Assembly (NCBI RefSeq): GCF_009914755.1 | Contig: NC_060927.1 | Source of the DNA: the human T2T-CHM13v2.0 reference genome, Homo sapiens | Reading direction: 5' to 3' (one strand) | DNA: 64,000 bases | In this document: one piece after another, positions 16,960-30,004 of the stretch | Layout: every line of letters begins with the position of its first letter | Numbering within the stretch: the stretch's first letter is position 1 | Position numbers and translations under genes: made by a program | Notes under the pieces: model-generated | Told to the model about the DNA's origin: nothing | What the model saw: the letters and a program-made list of their open reading frames with translations, nothing else | The model's database searches: none

Positions 16960-17270
16960 GGGAGGAGGAAAATAGAGATGGAATAAAACACATTAAGCAA
17001 AATGCAAAAAAAAAAAAAAAAAAGAAGATGACGACAAAATCCAAGGCAAAAAGCGTTAAAGGAAATAAACAGGAATATTTAATCCTAATAAAAGGTGCAA
17101 CTCCCCCAGGAGGCTGTAATGGTGACAAATATGAACATTTGTGCACCTAACTGCATAGCTTGGAAATGTGTGAGGCTGAGACTGACAGAGATGCAAGAGA
17201 AACTGATCATCCACAGTCACTGTGGGAGGCTTTAACCTAAAAGTGAGCAGATCACCCAGACAGAGATAAG
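16960..17270 (+). mobile_element. Degenerate L1 ORF2 endonuclease relic
   Basis: Fragments ILIKG, MNICAPN and VTVGGFN resemble L1 EN motifs IMIKG, NIYAPN and IIVGDFN; frameshifted. Confidence 0.7.
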
Positions 17271-18466
17271 GCTGAATAGACTGTGAGGAACCCAAAACTA
17301 GGCTCAGAGTACGTGAGCTCTGCACCTATGCCTAGAATAGTGCTAGAGGGAAACTGGTAAACTATTAATGGATTGTTTTGGAGTTGGAAGACTATACATG
17401 TTCTTTTTCTCTTTCTCCTTTTCTGCATTTTTCCATAATGAACATTCACTTTTATAATGGAAAAGGAAAAAGTGCAAGTCCAAGGAGAATGAGGGGCTAC
17501 ATCACAACATCATGAACACAACATTCCATAGCATGTGCTGAACTCAGCTCAAATGAGTCCAGTAGCCGTGAACAGCTGTGGACAGGGAGAGGCAGGGCTC
17601 AGGGAGCGACTGGCCAAAGGCGAGCTCGCCTTCCTCACTCCACACCAGAGGAGCGCATGAGGTCCCCTTTCAGAGCTGGGCCAGATTTTCCTCTCAGGCA
17701 GGCCAGGGAGGGAATTTATAGGCTCAGAGGGATCCAGACATCTGTGCTTGAGTCTACCGGCAGTGCTAACCTTCCTGGTGAGAAGCAGATAGAGAGCCAT
17801 GCAGTCAGGCTGTCCCTCCCCAGCGTCCACAAATGCTGCCTTTGTGTTGGGGTGCAAGCCCCCAGCCCATATGGGCACAGGAAGCAAGAGAGAACAAATC
17901 CTGCAGTGTCTTGCTGAACTGTGGCTGCAAGGACCACTCACATGTGTGACTGGGCTTTTAACATTTTTGGAAGTGGCTGCCAGCCCAGAGCTCTCCTGAT
18001 ATCCTCCTGGGCTAACTTGTGGTCTCCTGAGGAACCAGAGGAAGGTCTGCTAAGTGTTCCAGCACTGATTAGAGCACCTTATTTGGGCTTAAGTCATCTC
18101 TTCTATAATTAAAAGAATCCAACCTGAGAGACATAATTGAATATCCAAAGGAATATATATGTCTCTAAGGTGTCAGAAGCCAGGGAAAAGGAATACTGCA
18201 ACAGAGAACCAAGCTGCTCAATTACAGCCTTGAGTCATTTTTGGAATAGAAAAGGCATAAATAATACACACATATGGGTAATGGATGGCTGCTGAGAGGT
18301 TTGGGGCAGCTGATACACTCTTTGTTCTCTGTTTCTCCCTTATTGGAAAGGGAACCAAGACTTAGACAAAATCGGAGAGGATGTGAAGTGAGCCCACTGA
18401 GCACCCCTTTGGGGCCAGCTCTTCCCCCTCATCCTTACTGCTCCCAGGCCACATTAAATTAGCATC

Positions 18467-18815
<349 letters not shown>

Positions 18816-19204
18816 AAATTGGCACCTTCTCTCAGTCTAGCTGGTGAGGGAAACTATTATTGAGATGCTAGGGCTGGAAATAATGCCATAGAAGTTGCAC
18901 CGTGTGCACCAAGGTGAGTTACAAGAAGACATGTGGGGACAAGCTGGCATTCTCCATGCTTTGCAGATCATTCTGCAAACATGGCTGCTAACTCTGCATA
19001 CAACTTGAGGGGTGTATTTCCATTCACTGTCCCCCCAAGGACACTCTCAAACATAAGCACATCGCTCAATTCTCTCCATATCTATGTACATTACCATTGT
19101 GAATAACTCTTCTGTTTCTGCTGGGTTGTTTCTGGCCAATATATAAAGCTTAGAGTAAGCTATTTATCACAATATTTGAAAAAATTAACTTAAAAACTTA
19201 TTTT

Positions 19205-19562
<358 letters not shown>

Positions 19563-21364
19563 TCAGTCTGCTGGATTTCAGACATGGCTTGATTTCTTTC
19601 TGTTCTAGTTCTCTAGGTCAATGTAAATTTCTGAGGTGAGCAAATGTTTCCTGCACTGTTACCTGTGAAGGAACCCCAGAAACAGAAGAGAGAAATTTTG
19701 CCTGAGAAGCCAAAAGAAAGATTTTGAAGGTATGGTAACAGATCTTAAAGCAGCCAGGGCTGGGCTGTAGTGGGAGGCACAGATTGTGCTCTTCCTAGGC
19801 CCAGGAGCACAAACACAAAAAGCCTACCAACTAGGCAAGGCAATGACAGAGAGTAAAGGGCCAGGTGTTAGAAGGGCAATTGGGAGAGGTGGGGACATTT
19901 GTAGGTGATGGTTGGCTGGCTGCCTAGGTCTAGCTCATTACTGCCATGTGGGAACACAGCACTGCAGCAAACCTACCAAAAGGCAATTCTGTTATATCTG
20001 GAACATAGCAATATGAGGGCAAGAAGAGCCTAATGCCTGATGAGGATTCACTCAACACTGACTGAATGAATGAGGGCCTTCCTGGGCAGAGGGTGGACTG
20101 TCCTGGGAGCAATAATGGGAAGAGATGGCTGGTAATTTGGAGGTCTGACAATCAAGGAAGGAAATAATTGCAGAGTGAACTTGAGCCACAGCCACTGGGA
20201 TGGAGAGGAAAGGGTGAAATGCAGTAGACATTCTGAAGAATTTTCAAAAAGCAGTAACTCAGTGAGAGACCAGATGTGCGGGACTAGGGCAGTGATGAAT
20301 CTTCCAGGGGATGCCTGCGATGAACTTGTCGAGAGGGCTGAAGAACTGGTCACAAGGGAGAAAAGGTAAACACATTCTTCTTCACTAGTTTCAAAGCCCT
20401 TCATCTTGCTCTCCCAGATGACCTTATTTTCTCTTTCCTCCATTCTCCCACAAAAGGGGTCAGGGTATTAACCAGGGATCCAGCGGCCCAAGTGCTGAGA
20501 GAAACAGACCCAAACCCATAGCTAATTACGTGAGGTATTCATTCAGGAGAAACTGCAACAGAGTTAACAGAGGAACGGGCAGGGCAGGGGAAAAGCAATG
20601 GAGAGGAAGGGCATCTATGGGAAAGTAGCAAGAACCACTTGGGCTATGTGGAGTCATGACATATTGGCTGTATGGTAGGCAGGCAAGGACAGAAAGGGCT
20701 GAGGGAGAACCTCAAACAGTTCTCAAGTCATGGATTTTCACAGCATGAGGCATGCCTTGGGTTCTGGTCCCCAGTTTTCTTAAAGACTCAGAAAGCAGAG
20801 ATACAAAATATTGCCAAGCAAAAGCATTCAGGACAAATACATGGCAGACTCAAGACTGCTGCTCAGCTAAACCAGGTGAGCCTTTTCATGGCATATTTTT
20901 TGTGGGCTTCAATCTAAAAGAAAATTTGTATAATTATCAAATTGGTCCAAGGGCTTGGATAAATCTCAACGTTCACTTTAAAAGATACACTTCATCAACA
21001 GTTTAAGAACAACTATAACTACTTGTTAACTAAAAAACTATCATAGTAGCTAATATTTACTACTTAGTTAACGAATTTGAAGATTAATGATTGCTAACTA
21101 AGGGCCAAGGTGTTATGCTATGCCCTTTAAATGCACTGTCTTGTAAATCTTTACAATGATTCCATGAACGTTTGGTGGCATCATGGCAAATTTACTGATA
21201 TGGAATAGAAGCAAGACCTATCTGTAGGATGAAGTATGGAAAAAACATTTTTTTAATAAAAAATAAAAGCAAGACCTAGAGATGTTAAGTCACCTGCCCA
21301 AGGTGAGCCGAGGTTAGAACCCAAGGTACTTCCACTCCGAGGTCCTTAGGTCCTCATTCTAAGC

Positions 21365-21695
21365 CAAGGGTCAGCAAACATTTTATGTAAAGGGCCAGAT
21401 GGTAAATATTTTTGGCTTTGTGGGCAATATGGTCTCTGTCACAACTACTCAATTATGCCATAGTACAAAGCAGCCATGGACAATAAACAGATGGGCATGG
21501 CTATGTTCCAACAAAACTTTATTTATGGATACTGAAATTAGAATTTCATGTCGTTTTCATGTGTCACGAAACAGCACCATTCTTTTGACTTTCCCCCAAG
21601 AATTTTAAAAAGTAAAAATCAGGCTTAGCTTGTGAGCCATAAAAAAACAGGTGGTGAACTGGATTTTCTCCACCCAATGCAGTTTGCCGACCCTG
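21365..21695 (+). mobile_element. MER58B-like (hAT-Charlie)
   Basis: TIRs caagggtcagcaaac and gtttgccgaccctg; interior matches recalled MER58. Confidence 0.85.
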
Positions 21696-22050
21696 GTTGA
21701 AGCTACTAGGCTCTGTTGCCCTCCAGCTAACATCATGTGCTGGTTTCCTCAGGAGGCCCATAGATATTTTAGGAAAAAAATCGCGTGAGAGTATGTCTGG
21801 ATGGGGCACATAACTCTGAAATACAATTGTGGGGAAAGGCCCAACCACAACAGCTCTGGCTCTGCATGACCCTTGACTGCAACTTGAAAAACATCTTTCT
21901 TCCTCCAAGTCCCCTCACTTGCACTCTTCTATTGAAATAAGCATTGATTCAGGTCACTTTGAAACCAGGGGAAATTCTAGGTAGGATGGGGATGTTCCTT
22001 CCCGTACACCATGATTTTCTGCAACCACAGGCCCTGTGTGCCCTTCTTAC

Positions 22051-22158
22051 CTGCAGGGTTTGACTGAAGCGCTTTAATGGCGTGGCCTTCACGGGCGGGA
22101 TGAGGTTTGCTAGCGACGTGACTCGGGAAAGGGGTTTGACCCGTTTATTACTAGGCTC
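22051..22158 (-). CDS. ARHGEF3: ARHGEF3 shared coding exon (EPSNKRVKPLSRVTSLANLIPPVKATPLKRFSQTLQ)
   Basis: Poly-T tract plus ctatag| acceptor, 108 nt, donor CAG|gtaaga; continues the ARHGEF3 peptide. Confidence 0.97.
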
Positions 22159-22961
22159 CTATAGAGTTAAAAAAAAAAAAAAGTAAAATGTCAAGGTCAA
22201 TTGCAAAGACAACATAACTCCATCATACAACTGTGTTCCACTCCACAAGGTACTGGTTGTACACTGATCTATGGAATATAAAGTGTCACGTCTCACTCTG
22301 GCTGTATGGAGATGACCTGGCTTAGGAGGCAGGGAAGGAGAAATGGCAGGCAGGGGATGTCAACAGAGGCAGTATCTGGGAAGACAGAAAAGGGGCAGGG
22401 ATCTGCTCCTTATCCCTCACCCCCAGCATCTGCCAGCTTTTAATTCAGAAGCTTCCACTTAGTAGAACCAGTCTCCCCACCCCTTCTGTAGAGAAAAGCA
22501 GTGTCTGATTTCTCACCCAATGACCTTGTCTTTTGTTGCTTCTGGTTTCATCTCTTTAAAAACCTTTTCCCCATCTTGCCTAAAGCCACTCTTATGCAAT
22601 GGCTTTCCTAAAGCACCAAGATTGTTTTCTTACTTCATTAAATTAAAAAAAAAAAATTTAAAAAAGAAGTTCTATTACTGGGCTCTTAAGAAAGCATCTT
22701 TGTATCTACAGCATATTTGAAATGCACATATTAATATTTATAAATTATAACCAGACGGCAAAAGAAAATGTATAGAGAAAAAGCCCTACCACGGACATCG
22801 GTTTCTATACTATATATAGCCACAAGTTTTGAAAATCACCTCCACATAAAACATTAGTTGCAAATCTGCAAGTTACTTCAAACCAGGCTGATAGGTGGGA
22901 GGGCGCCTACCCATTCCAAGGACTTTGCAGACAAGAATTACATAAATAAAAATAACAGCCT

Positions 22962-23279
22962 GGCCAGGCGCAGTGGCTCATGCCTGTAATCAAAGCACTT
23001 TGGGAGGGCGAAGTGGGTGGATCACGAGGTCAGGAGTTCAAGACCAGCCTGGCCAGGATGGTGAAACTACATCTCTACTAAAATACAAAAATTAGCTGGG
23101 CGTGGTGGCAGGTGCCTGTAATCCCAGCTACTCGGGAGGCGTGGGATTGCTTGAACCTGGGAGGTGGAGGTTCCAGTGAGCCGAGATTGCGCCACTGCAC
23201 TCCAGCCTGGTTGACAGAGACTCTGTGTCAAAAAAACAAAAAACAAACAAACAAACAACAACAACAACAACAAAAAAAC
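22962..23279 (+). mobile_element. AluSg with (CAA)n tail
   Basis: gatcacgaggtcaggagttc diagnostic; lies about 60 nt from the alternative exon donor. Confidence 0.9.
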
Positions 23280-23341
23280 AGGCTATGGGGAAGAGAATGA
23301 TGATAGACAAAACATTTTACAAAGACAAAGAGAAGAGTTAC

Positions 23342-23455
23342 CCTTGTCCTCCTAAGCTCCATCTGACCTGTAGTAGATGCTAGACAGCACATGAAGATAC
23401 CAAATTTTGATGGGCAAAGCCAAAGTAGCCAATTGTGGTGGCAAACCTCAATCAT
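23342..23455 (-). CDS. ARHGEF3: ARHGEF3 alternative N-terminal coding exon (MIEVCHHNWLLWLCPSKFGIFMCCLASTTGQMELRRTR)
   Basis: ATG at 23455, 114 nt, phase-0 donor AGG|gtaact at 23341, joins in frame to the exon at 22158; 38 aa replacing 32 aa fits the recalled 532-aa isoform. Confidence 0.85.
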
Positions 23456-24119
23456 TTCCAGAGGGAGCCTCTAGGTATTCATCTTTCCTTTTCAGCCATT
23501 GCTTTCAAAGTTTCGAGGGTTAAGGCAGAACTTCAGATTCTCCAGGATATTTCTGCATCCCCGTTCTGAACATAGTAGGTGCCTGGAAAAATCTTTCGTG
23601 AATTTGGAATCCTGCTGAGACACTCTCATGTCATTTTATGCCCCTGCCAGTCTCAGAAATCAACAGCCTTCTTTGAAATAGACTGTCTCCAAGCTTTCCA
23701 GCATTTGCATATAAAAATTTAAAAACTTAAAAAGAAAATTCAATACAATCTCACAATGTGGCCAGAAACGATTCCATGATTTCTCAAAGCAGTTAAATAC
23801 TTTTCCAAGACGGAGAATGCAACCAGGCTGCTGGGTACCTCTCCAGCTTCTTAGCGTGCTAAGCTGAACAGACAGCAGAAAACTCTCAGAACACTAGGAA
23901 GGCTCAGTTCCAAAATGCAGAGGATGAATCTCCCAAGATGAGAGCCATTGCGTGACAATGATTTAAGTGCTGAAGGGAAAGATCTGACAGCTCTTCTGCT
24001 TCAGGTGACAATGCCCTTCAGGATGCTCCCTGTCCAGTGCCAGGCTCTTGAGCATTTGTGCTCAGAGGAGGGTTTAAAACATTTTTTTACGTCAGAGCTG
24101 CACCACTAGCGTACTGAAT

Positions 24120-24164
24120 ACACACACACACACGCGCGCAAGCACACACACACACACACACACA
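24120..24164. repeat. (CA)n microsatellite with a CGCG core
   Basis: cacacacacacacgcgcgcaagcacacaca... Confidence 0.95.
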
Positions 24165-25359
24165 CTGCCTCTTAAGCATCCCCTGAATTTGTCTAAATGG
24201 CTCCTGCTTTGGGCTGAAAATGCCAGGTTGGTGGCACAAACTGCATTACAGCAAGTGAGGTGACAAAGATTCCCTGAGGGAGCAGGACCTGGTCTCAGAG
24301 AATCCTGCCCGCTGACTCTGAGTCTTTCTCTTTCTCTCTCTCTTTTTTATGGTTAAAGCTGCTGGGTCACAGATTTTTATATCAGAATGGGGAAGCTGAA
24401 AGGCAAACGCCAACTGGGTTCCCTTGTTTTAAAAAGGGGCCAGAGAGCACTGCACGCTTGACAGGACGGGGGATGATCCAGCTGTGTTCCACTTGCTGTG
24501 TCATCTTTTCTAAGGTTCTGCTGACTTTGCTGTCCATTTTGCATGACCCAGTCGGACAGGCATTTTCTGCACAGCTATAAGATGTAGGTTCAACACAAAT
24601 CCCAGCCTCTCTGAAGGTTGAGTGCAGTGCTGCTACGTGAGATTGTAATTAAAACTGATTTCCTAAGGCATTGCCGATTTGGATGTAAACATCAGGCTGC
24701 TCTCTGGCAATCTGACATTCCCAAGTAATGAACAATTGAACCAGAAGCCGTTGCTGTGTGATTTAGTGCTATGATCCAGCAATGTAAGCAGGTGCAATTT
24801 CAAAACCAGAACACTTACAGGTTATTGGATCTATGGGGGAGGCTTTATGCCTAACCCACATGAGTAAAATATGAATTATGGTGTTCTCCTTGAGGCCTTC
24901 TGTGAGAATAGAAGATTAAAAAAATTCCTGGCCTCATTAGATTTTTCTTTTCCATTTACTCAATATGTCTCCAGCTACATTTTACTGCTGTCTAAAGAGA
25001 GCCCTCAGGGAAAATGTTTCCAGATTCTTGTTAAATAGCTCTACTGAGAACTAGCAAATGCAATCGTAGGGATGCTTTCAGGCTTTACAGAGAGGTAACA
25101 GAACACAACCTGCAGGGACGCTTCCTAGTCCAACAACTCAGCTGCCAGACCAAGCTGGGCAAGGTCAATGCTAAACCCAGGAACCAAGTGTCCTGTTTCA
25201 AGTGCAGACACCACCCCCCACCACGTGATTTTAAGATAGGGCAGAAGGGTATCTCACTAAAGTTTAAAAAAAAGAAAAGAAAAAAAGACACTGAGCATTC
25301 TGTATAGACAGTATTTTGTGAATAACAGTTTGTTTCATCTTTTCCAGGCCTTATAACAT

Positions 25360-25612
25360 TTTTGTTTCTCTTGTCTTATTGCACTGGCTAGAACCACCTG
25401 TATATTGTTGATTACAAGCCAAGACAGTGGGTATACTAGTTTAATTCTTGGTTCTACAGTGATTATTAATAAGATTTCATCATTAAATATTTGCTGAGAG
25501 CATGGGAGAGGCACCCTTTAACACGCAGAGAAAGTTCTTTTCTGTACCAACTTTGCTGTGAATTTTTATCATGAATTGGCAGTGGCTTTTATCAAATGTT
25601 TGTTCTTCATTT
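25360..25612 (-). mobile_element. Degenerate L1 ORF2 reverse transcriptase relic
   Basis: Minus strand gives FDKSHCQFMIK and VLASAIRQ, compare L1 RT FDKIQHPFMIK and VLARAIRQ. Confidence 0.75.
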
Positions 25613-26717
25613 AGTCAGAGGACAAGGAAAGAAAAAAAGGAAGAGAAGAAAAGAAGCGACGGGTGGGAAGAAGGAAAGGAGAGAATAAAGGCATACAGGT
25701 CATATTTTTTCATAAAGAAACTGATTTGACAATTTAAAATATCTTGTGTTTAATTATGAACAAAGGAGAATAAAACACTATGCAATTTTATTCTTAGTAT
25801 GAGTTTTTTTATTAAATGGATTTTGATATTCCTTCTCTAGGGGATACAATGATTTTTATCCTCTCCTCATTCTTCCCCTCAACAGGTAAAAGCCAAAGCA
25901 GACTATATGCAATGTAAGAAAATGCCTATCGTACCAATATAATCTAGCATACTTTTTTATTCCTCCAAAAATAGTTCCATTGAAACAGACTGGCATACAG
26001 GAACTCCCCACTCATTTTCCCTGCACTTCCTTTTTGCAGCCAGAGTGGGGTGAGGAATAGTAGGAATATCATCTATGTCATGTCTGCAGCTGCCCTGAGA
26101 CTCTACCCCTATTGAGCCTCAAACACCACCCAGGAGAGGCTGGAAATGTAGCCACTGGCATAAGGACTCAGGCTGCTGCATTGCAGGGCAGTGTGGCTCT
26201 CAGCTGCTTTACATCTGGCCAGGAGCAAGGAAGAGGTGAGAATTGATTGTGCTAGCAGATACTCTTACCCATGAGTTGATGGAGCCAAATAAAAAAAGTC
26301 TTTCAAATGTTTGGAAATTCCAGGAAAGCCTTTTCAGGGTTCTATCTGTGTGCCAGGTGGTGTGTGGAAACTGTACTCCCAAGGGTCATGTTTAATCCAC
26401 CCAGGAACCTTCTAGGTGGCTTTCATTGTCCTCATGTTAAATAGGAAGTTACAATCTTACAGTGACTGAGAAACTCTAGCATAAACAAATAATAATAATG
26501 AGCTAATACTGGTAGCAGGAACTCAGCTCAGTGCTTTACATATAGTTGCATATTTATTCCTACTAACAACCTCACAAGGTAACTACTACTACAATCCCTA
26601 TTTTAAAGATGGAGAAACTAAGGCACGTAGTGAGCAATTTGCTTAAAGCCATTCAGCTAAAACAAGGTGACCAGGATGTAAACCCAGTCAGGCTGACTCC
26701 AGAGCCCATGCCCTACC

Positions 26718-27296
<579 letters not shown>

Positions 27297-27822
27297 TTGT
27301 TTGCTGACCAGTCATGTCCTGGTCAGTGGTCCTCAGCCTCAGCTTTTTTACTGTAACATACCCAAGGACAACACTCCCAGGCACTGCACTCTCCCACAGG
27401 CACACCTAGTCATCGTCAGGCTCCAGTAGATGGCATAAGCTTGATTTGCATATTCTCCCTGCAGCTGGACATGCAGGGTCCTCCCCTGATAAACAGGGGA
27501 AACATTTGACTTACTTTTTATGTGAGTAAACCCTATTTTATTGCATTTTATTCTCTTAACTTTCTAAACACAATGCCAACTTTCCTTGACCATTTTAATA
27601 TATATATATATGAACAAAGGACATAAAAAGTGATATAATGCCTGGGATCTACTTCAAAATAATGACAGTGGAGAAAGTGGATGGAAAAAGAGGAAAACAG
27701 GACTGGTCACAGGTTGGTAGTTGTCAAAGCTAGGTGCAGGGCACAGGTACGTGACAAAATACATGTCAAATGGTACATGTATTTGGTACATGCCTGCCTA
27801 TGGTGCATGTCAAAATAAAAAG

Positions 27823-27943
27823 TTTTTTTTTATTTTTTTTGTTTGTTTGTTTTTTTGAGACGGAGTCTCGCTCTGTCGCGCAGGCTGGAGTGCAGTGGCG
27901 CCATCTTGGCTCACTGCAAGCTCCGCCTCCCGGGTTCACGCCA
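27823..27943 (-). mobile_element. Truncated AluY (3' part of right arm)
   Basis: gcaagctccgcctcccgggttcacgccat, then abrupt end. Confidence 0.85.
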
Positions 27944-29232
27944 TGGACAATTCTTTAATTCCTGCTTCTGCCTCTTCCCAGCTATAAGCTTTACTTCAAA
28001 TGGCCCCACTCCACCCAGCATGGGGGCACTTGACAGCTTGCTTTGTACCTTTTCTTTCAACGAATTCCTACAGATTTTCCCTCTTGTGTTAATGTTTTTC
28101 TAACAAAATGGTTGAGAATGAGCCATATTTTTATAGATTTATCTATTTTAGTCTGGCTCTCATATTCACTAATCTTGTCTTAAGCAAGTTACTTACTCAG
28201 TTTCTTCAACTGAAAAATGGGGAAATAACCTCGTAATACAGCAGTGAGAATTCTGTGGGTAGGAGCTATGCTTTACAGGGAACTTACAATCTGTGCAGGT
28301 GCTGGGCGAAGAGCTTTATAAGGATTTGCTCTTGGCATCTTCAGAACATCTTATGAGAAAGCTAGTATCATTATCCCCATTTTATAAGTGAGCAAGCCAA
28401 GGTTTAAGGAGCACAAATACACAAGATCACGTATTTCAGGTAGAGGCAAAATGTGGACCATGTACTGGACTATACACCTCTGCTTCATTATTCTGCCCAA
28501 AAACAGACAGATAATGACGATGAGCACATAGCACAGTACTTTGTGAATAGCAAGATAATTATCAGAGCCTAGAATAGGGCTCACAAATTGGTATGTTTTT
28601 GCTAAAGATTATTCCCCCTGCCATCTTTGCCTCTAAGAACAGGTGAGCTTATCTATTCCCTTAATATGAGCATACTCTTTTTCAAAACATTGATTTTGAA
28701 ATAATCTTAGATTTACAGAAGAGTTGCAAAATTAGTAGAGTGTTCCCATACATCCTTTACACCACTACCTCTATGTTAACATTTTACATAACCACAGTAC
28801 ATTTATCAAAACTAAGAAATTAACATTGGGGCAATACTATTAACTAAACTATTAACAGAGTTATTGGGATTCCACCAGTTTCTGTTTTCCCACTAGTGTC
28901 CTTTTTCTGTTCCAGGATCTAATCTAGAATCCAAAGTTATATTTCTGTCCCATCTGTGATATAGTTCCTCTGTCTTGTTGTCTTTCATGATCTTATAGCA
29001 AAATACTAGAGCTCTCTAATTGACACTTGTGAAGAGTACTGGTTGGTTATTTTATAGAATGTCTCTCACTTTAGATTAATCTTACGTTCTCTCACGATTA
29101 AGTTCAGGTTATGCATTTTTGGCAAGAAAAAACACAAAGATGTATCCTTCCTGGTATATCATATAGGTGGTACACCATGTTGCTAAGTCTTATTACTGGT
29201 GATGTTAACTTTGACTACGTAGTTAAGATGGT

Positions 29233-30004
29233 CTTATGGATTGAATTATGCCCCCACTGAAAGATAAGTGTAAGTTCTTACTCCAGATACCTGTGAATGT
29301 GACCTTATTTGGAAATAGGATCTTTGTAGATAAAATCAAGTTAAGAAGAGTCACACTAGTTTAGAGTAGGCCCTAAATCTAATCACTGGTGTCCTTATAA
29401 GAAGAGGGAAATTTAGAGACACACATGGAGAAGATGGCCATGTGACAAGAGAGAGGTGGAGACTGGAGTGATGTATCTACAAGCCAAAGAACATGAAGGA
29501 TTGCCAGCAAACACCAGGAACTTGGAAGAAGAAAGGATTCCTCTGCAGGTTTCAGAGGGAGCATGGCTCTGCTGACATTTTCTTTTGTCTTTTTTTTTTT
29601 TTCTTTTTTTGAGACAGAGTCTCGTTCTGTCACTGGGACTAGAGTGCAGTGGCACAATCTCAGCTCACCGCAACCTCCACCTCTGGGTTCAAGCGATTCT
29701 CCTGCCTCAGCCTCCCGAGTAGCTGGGACTACAGGAGTACACCACCATACCCGGCTAATTTTTGTATTTTTAGTAAAGACAGGGTTTCACCATGTTGGCC
29801 AGGCTGGTCTCAACTCCTGACCTCAGGTGATCCACCTGCCTTGGCCTGCCAAAGTGCTGGGATTACAGGTGTGAGCCACCACACCCGGCCTCTGCTGACA
29901 TTTTCATTTCAGACTTAGCCTCCAGAATAAGACAAAAATTTTTTGTTGTTTTAAGCCACCTAGCTTATGGTACTTTGTTATAGCAGTCATAAGAAACTAA
30001 CACA
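29233..30004 (+). mobile_element. MLT1 (ERVL-MaLR) solo LTR
   Basis: gtgaatgtgaccttatttggaaatagg..ttaagccacc..ggtactttgttatagcag..aactaacaca. Confidence 0.85.
29580..29890 (-). mobile_element. AluSx inserted in MLT1
   Basis: Full dimer; TSD tctgctgacatttt. Confidence 0.92.

Noticed and set aside
22156-22161. TAGGAG tandem (NAGNAG) acceptor
   Set aside because: A distal GAG is rarely used, and the effect would be loss of a single Glu
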